From an uncultured Clostridium sp. (lineage in GTDB: Bacteria; Bacillota; Clostridia; TANB77; CAG-508): a stretch of 64,000 nt of DNA. Of the stretch, positions 19,952-30,100 are shown piece by piece. The stretch spans positions 43,118 through 107,117 of the forward strand of contig CAYJKK010000003.1 in assembly GCA_964370905.1 (NCBI GenBank). Direction: 5' to 3'. Below the pieces are notes generated by a model. The model was given only the letters and a program-made list of their open reading frames with translations. It was not told the DNA's origin and did not search any database. A program made the position numbers and the translations under genes. Within the stretch, counting starts at the first letter, position 1. Every line of letters begins with the position of its first letter.

Positions 19952-21220
19952 CTATAATTTAATTATGAATTCTGTTATTTCTTTTGGAATGCTTATTGCC
20001 GTAATCTTACCTCCTAATTTTGTAACTATTGTTTTTGCTATAAATAATCCTAATCCATAACTATTATTTTCTGTTCTTGACTTATCACACTTATAAAATC
20101 TATCAAATATGTGTGGTAAATCTTCTTTTGATATACCTTCGCCTGTATTTGTTATACTTAATTCTATCTGTTTTTTGCTTTTTCTTAAACTAACATTTAT
20201 TTCTCCTGAATTATTTGTATATTTAATTGCATTATCTATTAAAATAATTATAACTTGTCTTAGTTTTTCTGGTTCTGTGTTTACAGTTATTTCTTCAGCT
20301 ATATCTACCTTTAATTTAATATCTTTTTCAAATACAATTGCTTCTACTGATGTAATTATTTCTTTGAGTGTTTGACCTAAATTTATATTTACTAATTTAT
20401 ATTTTTCTTCTTCATTTTTAGCACTCATTAAGAGCTCATTTATAAGTTTATTCATACCTTTAGTTTCTGCTTTAATATGTTTTAACCATTTTTCCTGTTC
20501 TTTTACTTTTGCATTTTTGTTTACCTCTATTGCATCAATATTAGCATTAATTATTGTAAGTGGTGTTTTTAGTTCATGAGTTGCATCTGCTACAAATTGT
20601 TTTTGCTTATTCCATACTTCTTCTAATGGCTTTATTGATCTATTTGCAAAATATATACTAATTATATATATTATTATAAGTACTGCAATACCTACACTTA
20701 CTAGTGCTATTAATAATGTTTGCATTGTTTCTTGAGTATTTGTAATATCCAAAAATGATATTTCATAATATGTTTTATTTTCAGTCTCAATCTCAAAATC
20801 TGACATAATATGGCCTATACTAGACTTTCTATATAACCATTCTCTATCATCTATAATAATTGTACCTAGCTCTTCACTACTATTAAAAACTTGCTCTGCT
20901 ATACTTATATATTCTTCTTCTACTAAATCGATATATGAAGAAACTCTTGTTACATTACCGTCTTTATCTAGAAATATATTAAAAGATGTATCTACTTCTG
21001 ATATTTGCTTTTTTATTTTTGGATTTTCAATATCTTCTAAATTCTTAATAAAATTTGTATTTGCAATAGGAATTCTATTTAACCTCTCCATGTTTTCACT
21101 TGTTAAATTTGCATTTATAATTATATAAATAGCAGTAAATGATGTCAGCATAATAATTGATATAACAACTAAGTTTATTAATAACAATCTATTCCTTAAA
21201 TTTTTAAACATCTTTTTCAC
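19952..21220 (-). CDS. sensor histidine kinase (2 TM, HisKA, HATPase_c)
   Basis: H-box ADATHELKTPLT, N box LIDNAIKYT, G box GLGLFIAK. Confidence 0.9.
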   Translation of the reverse strand: MKKMFKNLRNRLLLINLVVISIIMLTSFTAIYIIINANLTSENMERLNRIPIANTNFIKNLEDIENPKIKKQISEVDTSFNIFLDKDGNVTRVSSYIDLVEEEYISIAEQVFNSSEELGTIIIDDREWLYRKSSIGHIMSDFEIETENKTYYEISFLDITNTQETMQTLLIALVSVGIAVLIIIYIISIYFANRSIKPLEEVWNKQKQFVADATHELKTPLTIINANIDAIEVNKNAKVKEQEKWLKHIKAETKGMNKLINELLMSAKNEEEKYKLVNINLGQTLKEIITSVEAIVFEKDIKLKVDIAEEITVNTEPEKLRQVIIILIDNAIKYTNNSGEINVSLRKSKKQIELSITNTGEGISKEDLPHIFDRFYKCDKSRTENNSYGLGLFIAKTIVTKLGGKITAISIPKEITEFIIKL

Positions 21221-21887
21221 CTACTAACATATATCCAATTCCTCTTACTGTTTTTATTTTAACTTTAGTATTAAATGTCTCAAATTTTTTTCTTAAAAAT
21301 GATATATATACTTCCACATTATTATCTATTACTACTTTTTCAAATGTCCACAATTTACTAATAATAAATTCTTTTGTTACAATTTTTTCTGATTGCTCTA
21401 TTAATATTTCAACTAACTTTCCTTCTTTAGCAGTTAATTCATACTTTTTATTTCCACATTCAATTACTAAATTCTCTTTATTGTATTTTATATTTTCATA
21501 TATAACAATATCTTTTTTAATTATACCATCTTTTCTTCTACCTAATGCTCTTACTCTTGCTAATAGCTCTGCCATTTCAAATGGTTTTGATAAATAATCA
21601 TCTGCTCCTATATCTAATCCTAATACTTTGTCTTCAATCTCTCCTTTAGCTGTTAACATTATTATTGGTGTATTAATATTTTTAGCTCTTAAATTCTTAG
21701 CTATGTCTAAACCATTGATCTTTGGCAACATTATATCTAAGATTATAACATCATATGCTTCTGATAACGCATATTCTAATCCTGTTTCTCCATCATATGA
21801 TACATCAATAGTATATTTATTTTTTTTAAACACGTATTCAATTGCATCTGCCATATATTTTTGATCTTCTACTAATAATATTCTCAT
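21204..21887 (-). CDS. OmpR-family response regulator
   Basis: MRILLVEDQ..., DVIILDIMLP, C-terminal winged helix TVRGIGYML. Overlaps the kinase gene. Confidence 0.9.
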   Translation of the reverse strand: MRILLVEDQKYMADAIEYVFKKNKYTIDVSYDGETGLEYALSEAYDVIILDIMLPKINGLDIAKNLRAKNINTPIIMLTAKGEIEDKVLGLDIGADDYLSKPFEMAELLARVRALGRRKDGIIKKDIVIYENIKYNKENLVIECGNKKYELTAKEGKLVEILIEQSEKIVTKEFIISKLWTFEKVVIDNNVEVYISFLRKKFETFNTKVKIKTVRGIGYMLVGEKDV

Positions 21888-22053
21888 TAATTACACCTCT
21901 TTTAATATATTATTTATTTTTATTATATATATTATTTCTTAAACCAAGCTTAACTTAAATCTTTTACTTTTATTTATTCTAAATGTATTCTATCTATATT
22001 TAAAGGAAGTCTAGTAACTTACCAAACTTCCCTTATTATATTACTATTTACTT

Positions 22054-24582
22054 CTAAAATTCTATCTTTTTATATAAATTATTTTCTTTTTTATGTAATA
22101 ATTCTGGATTTTCTTCTATTATTTTATCAACAATGCTTTCACCTAATGTAAATGGTACTACGTACCCACCTAATGTATTTATTTTTTCTTTTAATACTGG
22201 TGATTCTTCATTTATATATATCTTTGAATCTCCTTTTCCATTTTTAGCTTCTTGCACTAAATTTGATACTGGTGAGTTTCCATCAAAAGCCATAACTAGT
22301 GAATCTCTTCTTTCAAAAATTTCATAATTAAAACTTTTATATATTCCCATTTCATCACTTTCTATTGAAACTCTTACTCCATCTATGTTATTTTCTTTTA
22401 ATTTATTACTTTCTGTTTCAGATATCATTTTGGGAATAATAGCATTAATTTCAAACTTTTTATTCATCTTTTTACTTATTTCTATTAATTCTTTTTCATA
22501 TCCTTCTACTTTATGACCAATTACAAAATATACTTTTTGTTCATCTAATTGTTCTATAAGTTTTTCTAACATAGCTTTTCCTTTTATTGTTATATCTGTT
22601 GTTCTCCCTTTTTTATTAAAACTTCCACCTGCTATAATTATCGGTTTTTTATTAATAGGAAATTGCTTAATCTTATCTTTAAATATGACTTCTGATTCTA
22701 ACTCATTTGTTATTCTCATTGGCTTATTATTAAGTTTTCCTATATTTACATTATGCTCTTCTAATTTTGTTAACACTTCTTTTATAGTTTTGTCACCTAT
22801 GTATTTATTGAATTTTTCAGATTTATTTTCAAAGTATTTATTTGAATGCTCTATTTTTTGCACTTCTATTTCTCTCATTTTTTCAAAATCTTTATCTGTT
22901 AAATTTAATAAATTTTTAAGTGCTAATTGTTCATCTATTGTGTCTACCCCATAAAATCCACATCCATCTGTTCCTTGTACACATTTTATTCCATACTCTA
23001 AATATCTTTTTAATGGGTGAACTTCTAAATCACTTAAATTATTTAATCTCACATTAGATGTAAGCTGAAATTCTAATATTGTATTTGTTTCTTTTAATTC
23101 CTTAATAAGGTCTTTTCCTTCTTTGCTCTCTAAATCTGCTGTATATAATCCATGACCTAACCTCACATTTGGAAATTTTTGATTTTTACTTAATGATTTT
23201 CTTACACATTCTATTGATTTTGCAACATTATCTTTTAAACTATCATTTTCGCCTGCATGAATTCTTATTGTAAATTCTTCATCTTCATCTCTTACAAATT
23301 CAACTAATTCTTTTATTGCTGGCAGTAAATCTGTTATATCATTTATTTCTTCACCTATAAAATCACTACCTACAACATAAGGGCTTTTAGCAACAGTTTT
23401 TAATGTATCTATATTTTCTCTTAAATAATTTCCTTCTGCTATTTGATCTTTTAATATAGTAAGTGGTATTCTTCTTAATCCTACTAAAAAACGAAGCTTA
23501 ACTCCTGTTTCTTTTTCTATGTATGGCATTATTTCATGAATGTCTGATATATAGTTTATAGCTGCTCCACCTGTTTTTGCTAATTCTGTATCAGTTATTT
23601 CTGCATATTCAATACCTTGTTTAGAATATTCTCTAGCTATCCATAATAGTTTATCTTTTCTTAAATCATTTTCTTTTATTTGAATATTTTTCATATCTTC
23701 TAACATTATTAACAGTTTTTCTTTTATCTCATTTTCTGGTATTAACTCTATACTACTTTTAGTTAATTCAACTTTATGTTCTGAAGTTTTCCCTTTACAA
23801 AAAACATATCTATATATATATACTTTTTCTAAATTTGTAAATACTGCTTGCCCATCTTTTAAAATAGCTAAACTTTTTCTTATTTTAGCTATATTATATT
23901 CTGCATCTTCAATATTTTCTAATATTAACTCAGTAAAATTTACATATGTATTATCATCTATCTTTCTAGTTGCTTCTTTCTCAGTATATCCTGATAACTC
24001 CATTGTTTCTTCAACTAATTTTCTCTTTTCCAATATTTCTATATTTTGATTCTCTGTTAATTTTAATTTTAGCTTTTTTATATAATATAACGGATATTTT
24101 ATTTGATGTTTTATTCCTAATGCAATTAATACATCTGGTGATAAATTTGCATTCATGTGTGTGTGTAAATCTGTTCTGAATTTAGATTTTTTTAATATAT
24201 ATGACTTAACTATAGTCTTTTCTATTGGTAAATTATATTGTTTAGTTTGTGACATTAAAGTTTTTGTTATTGCAGGTATCTTAGCTTTTATTGAAATTTC
24301 TCCATCTTCGTATATGTTAGCTATTTTAATTCCACCTAATCTTAATATATATACAACTCTATTAGCACCATCAATATTAGCTTCTAAAATACCTGATATT
24401 ATTTTCATATCTTTTTTATCTTTTACAGTTTCTAAATTAAATATTTTTGATAAATTTGTTATTAAGTTACCAGTGTTATGATTTGGAGTTTCAATAATAT
24501 ACTTAATTTCATCTTCCTTTTCTTTATATAAATTTACTATTATATCTTTTTCTTTATCTAAATAAAATTTACTAAACAACAT
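22054..24582 (-). CDS. 842-aa fusion: unknown N-domain, adenosine-deaminase-fold (amidohydrolase) domain and C-terminal LOG/SLOG-like Rossmann domain
   Basis: ADA-type metal and catalytic motifs in order: TDLHTHMNANL, IRIHAGEND, VRLGHGLY, QLTSNVRLN, QGTDGCG. C-terminal PIIIAGGS...VYFVIGH...LVMAFDGNSPVSNLVQEA resembles LOG/SLOG PGGxGTxxE-type folds. Stands alone with intergenic DNA on both sides. Confidence 0.6.
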   Translation of the reverse strand: MLFSKFYLDKEKDIIVNLYKEKEDEIKYIIETPNHNTGNLITNLSKIFNLETVKDKKDMKIISGILEANIDGANRVVYILRLGGIKIANIYEDGEISIKAKIPAITKTLMSQTKQYNLPIEKTIVKSYILKKSKFRTDLHTHMNANLSPDVLIALGIKHQIKYPLYYIKKLKLKLTENQNIEILEKRKLVEETMELSGYTEKEATRKIDDNTYVNFTELILENIEDAEYNIAKIRKSLAILKDGQAVFTNLEKVYIYRYVFCKGKTSEHKVELTKSSIELIPENEIKEKLLIMLEDMKNIQIKENDLRKDKLLWIAREYSKQGIEYAEITDTELAKTGGAAINYISDIHEIMPYIEKETGVKLRFLVGLRRIPLTILKDQIAEGNYLRENIDTLKTVAKSPYVVGSDFIGEEINDITDLLPAIKELVEFVRDEDEEFTIRIHAGENDSLKDNVAKSIECVRKSLSKNQKFPNVRLGHGLYTADLESKEGKDLIKELKETNTILEFQLTSNVRLNNLSDLEVHPLKRYLEYGIKCVQGTDGCGFYGVDTIDEQLALKNLLNLTDKDFEKMREIEVQKIEHSNKYFENKSEKFNKYIGDKTIKEVLTKLEEHNVNIGKLNNKPMRITNELESEVIFKDKIKQFPINKKPIIIAGGSFNKKGRTTDITIKGKAMLEKLIEQLDEQKVYFVIGHKVEGYEKELIEISKKMNKKFEINAIIPKMISETESNKLKENNIDGVRVSIESDEMGIYKSFNYEIFERRDSLVMAFDGNSPVSNLVQEAKNGKGDSKIYINEESPVLKEKINTLGGYVVPFTLGESIVDKIIEENPELLHKKENNLYKKIEF

Positions 24583-24774
24583 ATTACCTCCCTTTAAAAA
24601 TATTAAGTTATATTATATCATAATTTTAAGATTATGTAAATTATTTTCGATGTTTTGTCCTAGATTTTCCTTTATTATATAATCCTATTTTTTGATTTGA
24701 TTTTTATGACTTAAAATTTATTTACTTTTTTCATATATAATACTTTTTTTCATATAATATTATTAGGTGAAAAT

Positions 24775-25791
24775 ATGTTTATAAAAACTTTTAAATTTAA
24801 ACGAAAATTAATATTTATCATTTTTATTATACTTCTTATATTTTTTTTAACAACTCACTATATAACGTCAGCATATAATGACGATTATATTAAATGGGTT
24901 GATTTTAATGTTACTTCTGAAGTCCTTACTTTAACTTCTAAGCTAGATATTGAATCACACAACAATGACCATACTATCAAGTATAACTGGATAGAACTTA
25001 TATCATATCTAGGTGCTAAATATGGTGGTAATTTTGATAACTTTAGTTCAAAAGATTTAGATGATTTAATTTGTAGCCTTGACTCTGGATCTACTATTAC
25101 TGAGCTAACCTCTAATTTTAAAAACTACAACTACTATTATGAAGCATATTCTGCTGTTTTATCTGAATTTATTGGAACTTATTGGATACAAACTACTATT
25201 GATGGGGAAACTATCTTTAAAGAAAAATATGGCTTAAAAAACTTCTCACCAATTGCAAAAGGTTATTACTTTCATCACTATGATGATTTTGGTAACTCTA
25301 GATCTTATGGGTTTTCTAGGACACATTTAGGAAATGATTTAATGGGGAGCATTGGTACTCCAATAATTGCTACAGAATCTGGAATAGTTGAAAATATAGG
25401 TTGGAATCAATATGGTGGTTGGAGAATCGGAATTAAAAGTTTTGATGATAAAAGATATTACTATTATGCTCATCTTCAAAAAGATACTCCTTATTCTAAA
25501 GATTTGCAAAAAGGCTCAATTGTTAAAGCTGGTGATGTTATTGGATATTTAGGAATGACAGGTTATAGTATTAAAGAAAATGTAAATAATGTAAATATTC
25601 CTCATCTTCATTTTGGAATTCAACTAATTTTTGATGAATCTCAGATAGACTCTCCTAATGAAATTTGGATAGATGTATATGAAATTATTAAGTTTTTAAA
25701 CACAAATACATCAGAAGTGTATAAAAGCGATTCTTCTACAAATGAATTTATTAGAAAATATGATATATTCGAATTATTTACACAAGATTAA
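24775..25791 (+). CDS. M23-family peptidoglycan metalloendopeptidase
   Basis: N-terminal TM. HLGNDL ... PHLHFGIQ zinc-site motifs. Confidence 0.85.
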   Translation: MFIKTFKFKRKLIFIIFIILLIFFLTTHYITSAYNDDYIKWVDFNVTSEVLTLTSKLDIESHNNDHTIKYNWIELISYLGAKYGGNFDNFSSKDLDDLICSLDSGSTITELTSNFKNYNYYYEAYSAVLSEFIGTYWIQTTIDGETIFKEKYGLKNFSPIAKGYYFHHYDDFGNSRSYGFSRTHLGNDLMGSIGTPIIATESGIVENIGWNQYGGWRIGIKSFDDKRYYYYAHLQKDTPYSKDLQKGSIVKAGDVIGYLGMTGYSIKENVNNVNIPHLHFGIQLIFDESQIDSPNEIWIDVYEIIKFLNTNTSEVYKSDSSTNEFIRKYDIFELFTQD

Positions 25792-25822
25792 AGGAAGTCT
25801 TTTAACTTCCTTTTTATTTTTG
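25791..25822 (+). terminator. rho-independent terminator
   Basis: AAGGAAGT-ctttta-ACTTCCTT followed by TTTATTTTT. Confidence 0.65.
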
Positions 25823-25831
25823 TCTAATTTC

Positions 25832-26959
25832 TCAATATTTCGCTCCTAAAGTTATATCTATTTCTAATTTTATTTTCCCTCTACTTATATTTAATGTAAC
25901 TACCTCTTCAGGTTTTTTAGTATAAATATATTCTCTTAACTGATTAATTGTTTCTAATTTTATATTATCAATACTATTTATTATATCTCCAACCTTTAAA
26001 TCCGTATTATCAACAGGCCCATTTTCTGTTATTTGAGCCACATATATTCCACTTTCTAAACTAGAATTAAAACTATTGTCTATATATGGAATTATCTCTC
26101 TGTCATATGCATAGATCCCTATAGTTGCTTCTTCAAAATCTTGATTTTTTTGGAAACTTTCTATTATTGGCTTTACTATATTTATTGGAACGGCAAAACC
26201 TATTCCTTCTGCAGATGTTATTTTAACCGTATTTATTCCAATTACACTTCCATCTTCTAAGATTAATGGTCCTCCACTATTTCCTGGATTTATAGTTGCA
26301 TCTGTTTGAATTAAATCTGTCATAAATATATCTTCTATTTTTATAGTCCTATTTTTTGCACTAATTATCCCTGATGTTACTGTTCTTCTAAATTCATATC
26401 CTATCGGGTTTCCTATTGCATACACATTTTGCCCTATTCCAATTTGATCTGAGTCTCCAAGTTTAGCAACTGGTAAATTTTTTCCTTCGATTTTTAATAT
26501 CGCTAAATCTAAATTACCATCACTCCAGACCACTGTTGCTTCATATGTATCTCCATTTTCTATAGTTACATAACATATACTATATTTTGTGCCTGTTACA
26601 TGTTCATTACTAAGTATATATCCATTCTCAGAAACAATTATACCAGTACCAAGACCTAGTTCACTTTCTGAATTATTATTGAAAATGCTTTCTCCTGCAT
26701 TTTTTAATTTAGATATTCCCACAACACTTGTCATTGTTTCTTCTAGTATTGATGTTATATCTTCAGTTTTTTCATTTAAGTTTTCCACATTTTGTGCATT
26801 TACTGTGGATTGTAGTTGACTCGTACTATATTTTCCCTCTATTTCTATACTTTGATATATTGTATATAAATAGTATCCTATTATCCATAACATTAATATT
26901 ACTATTAAACTTATGCAAATTTTTTTAAGTGGGCTTTTTCTCCTTTTTCCTCTTCTCAT
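25832..26959 (-). CDS. htrA: HtrA/DegP-family serine protease (trypsin-like domain plus PDZ)
   Basis: N-terminal TM. GYILSNEHV, DLAILKI, TINPGNSGGPL catalytic-triad contexts. C-terminal PDZ-like GIYVAQI...GDIINSIDN. Confidence 0.85.
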   Translation of the reverse strand: MRRGKRRKSPLKKICISLIVILMLWIIGYYLYTIYQSIEIEGKYSTSQLQSTVNAQNVENLNEKTEDITSILEETMTSVVGISKLKNAGESIFNNNSESELGLGTGIIVSENGYILSNEHVTGTKYSICYVTIENGDTYEATVVWSDGNLDLAILKIEGKNLPVAKLGDSDQIGIGQNVYAIGNPIGYEFRRTVTSGIISAKNRTIKIEDIFMTDLIQTDATINPGNSGGPLILEDGSVIGINTVKITSAEGIGFAVPINIVKPIIESFQKNQDFEEATIGIYAYDREIIPYIDNSFNSSLESGIYVAQITENGPVDNTDLKVGDIINSIDNIKLETINQLREYIYTKKPEEVVTLNISRGKIKLEIDITLGAKY

Positions 26960-27177
26960 ATGTATTACACCTCTAAATTATTTTACACTTAATATTTTTT
27001 TTTAATCATTTTATACTTTCATTTCCATTGTTTGTATTATTCATATAATTTTTTTTAATTATTATGTATAATTTTAGCAAAATTTATATTTTTTTAGGAG
27101 CTAAAGTATTGATTTTTAGGAATTATATTTATATAATTTAATTAAATAAAAATTTATATTACAAAGGATTTAAAATT

Positions 27178-30100
27178 ATGAAAACACATGAATTATTAAA
27201 TTTATCAAATACACAAAAAAATATTTGGTTATCAGAATTAATGTACCCAAACACATCTTTAAATAGTATTTCAGGAACGCTTTTTTTTCAAGAACCCATA
27301 AATATTGAAATACTAGAAAAATCAATTAAAATGTTTGTACAACACAATTCTTTTTTATTAACTCAAATTAAATTAGAAAATGGATTGCCTTTTCAATTTA
27401 TAGATGAACATTTAAAAATACCAGTTAATGTCCATACATTAACTTCAATAAATGATTTAAAAACTTTGGAAAAAAATGTGGCTAAACATTCTTTTACTTT
27501 AATAGAATCACCACTTTTTACTTTTGATGCATTCACCCTTCCTGATGGGACTGGTGGACTTGTTTCTTGTCTACATCATATAGTATCTGATGCTTGGAGT
27601 TTTGGTTTAATGGCTGTAGGAATCAAGGATATTTATGTTTCTTTATCTCAAAATTCTGAACTTCCAGAAAAAAAGCCATCCTATATAGAATATCTAGATT
27701 TAGAGCATGAATATTTAAATAGTTCAAAATTTGAGAAATCAAAATTATTTTGGGAATCTACTTATGAAAACTTCCCAGATTTATCAACACTAAAGCTATA
27801 TACTGACAACTCTGTAGATGTAACTGCAGATAGGATGTCATTTACTTTAGATAATGATATTTCTAAAAAAATAGATATATATTCTAAAACTAATAATATT
27901 TCTAAATATAGTTTATTTATGGCTATATTTTCTATGTATTTATCTAGAGTTTCAAGAAACGATGACGTGATAATTGGTACACCTTTTTTAAATAGATCCA
28001 CTTTCAGAGAAAAAAATTCAATGGGTATTTTTATTAATACTATGCCAAATAGAATATCTGTTGATCATAACTTACCTTTTATTGAATTTGTAAAAAATGT
28101 AGGTAAAACTCAAATGTCAGTTATGAGACATCAAAAATATCCATATACTGAAATTTTAGAGTATACACATAAAAAGCATAATCTGTCTAGAAATATTTAC
28201 GATTTTATCATTTCTTATCAAAATGCAAGAGATGATTCTAAAGATTCTAGTATTCAATATACAACAAACTGGAATTTTCAATATGCCATATTAAATAGCT
28301 TACAAATTCATATGTTCGATATGGATGATACTGGTAATTTAACACTTTATTATGATTATCAATTAAATAAATATACTTCTGAGGAAATATCTGAAATTCA
28401 TTCTAGGATTTTATTTATTTTAGAACAAGTGACATCTAATAATATTAACTTAAATGAAATAGAAATTGTTACACCTAATGAAAAACAACTATTATTATTT
28501 GATTTAAATAAAACAGATGTACCTTATGATGAAACAGAAACTGTTCATCAATTATTTGAGGAACAAGTAAACAGAACACCTGATAAAGTAGCATTAGTTT
28601 TTAAAAATACTGAAATGACTTATGATGAAGTTAATAAAAAAGCTAATTCACTTGCTAACTACCTAAGAAAATCAAATGTTAAACCTAATGATATAATAGG
28701 TGTTTGCACACAAAGGTCTTTTGAAATGATTATAGGGATTCTAGGTATATTAAAAGCTGGCGCTGCTTATTTACCAATTGACCCGGAATATCCTATTGAT
28801 AGAATATCATACATGTTAGAAGATAGTAATTGCAAGCATGTTTTGACAACAAATAAAACAGATTTATTATTTACATCTAATACATCAAATATAATCAACC
28901 TCAATATAGAATTACATGATTCTAACAATATATTTTCAAGTTATAATACTGATAATCTAAATTCAGTATCTTCTCCTGAAGATTTAATATATTTAATATA
29001 TACTTCTGGTTCAACTGGAAAACCTAAGGGCGTAATGTTAACACATAAAAATCTTCGTAATTGTGTATTAGCCTTATACCGATTAGTAGATTTTAATGAA
29101 GATAAAACAATGATATCTTTAACAACAATATGTTTCGATATCTTTGTTGCAGAAATTTTTGGAAGTCTTCTTTCGGGGTTAAAACTAGTAATAGCTAGTG
29201 AGGAAGAACAAACAAATCCAAAATTACTTAATGATTTATGCTTAAAACATAATGTACATATTATACAAACTACACCATCTAGATATTCAATACTTTTTAC
29301 TAGTAATCAACTGGAATTATTTAAAAACACTACTGATGTACTTTTAGCAGGAGAACCTATTCCTCCTCATCTATTAAAAGGTATTCAAAAAAATTCAACT
29401 GCAAATATTTATAATATGTATGGACCAACTGAGACTACTGTTTGGGCTACAACTAAAGATGTTACTAGAAGTACTGAAATTTCTATTGGACCTCCAATTA
29501 CTAATACTAAAACATATATATTAGATAAATTTGGACATCTCTTGCCACCTAATATTCCAGGAGAATTATATATTGGTGGAGATGGTGTTTCAAATGGCTA
29601 TTTAAATAGACCAGATTTAACTAAAGAAAAATTCATTAAAAGTTTATATTTTGATAATATGACTATTTATAACTCTGGTGATTTAGCATACATAAAAAAA
29701 GACGGAGATATTATGCACCTTGGAAGAACAGATTTCCAAGTTAAAATAAATGGATATAGAGTAGAAATTGGTGAAATTGAATCAAAAATATTATCATATG
29801 ATAATATTTCAAATGTTATAGTTTTATATAAAAATAATGGTTTAGTTTGTTATTACACTGCTACTAATAAATTAGATAATCATGAATTAATTACATATTT
29901 ATTAGAATATTTACCACACTACATGATACCATCACATTTCGAATATTTAGAGACTATGCCTCTTACTCCTAATGGAAAAATTGATCGTTCTAAATTACCG
30001 GAAATAACAAAAACTGAAATAGATGATAATTTCTTAGAGGCTTCATCTGAGACAGATAAAAAATTAGAAACTATTATTAAAGAAGTTTTAAAAATTGATA

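Noticed and set aside
22054-24582. Calling the large ADA-fold protein RADAR RdrB or CRISPR-associated Cad1
   Set aside because: No RdrA-like ATPase gene, CARF domain or CRISPR/cas genes are adjacent. Only the deaminase fold is shared.
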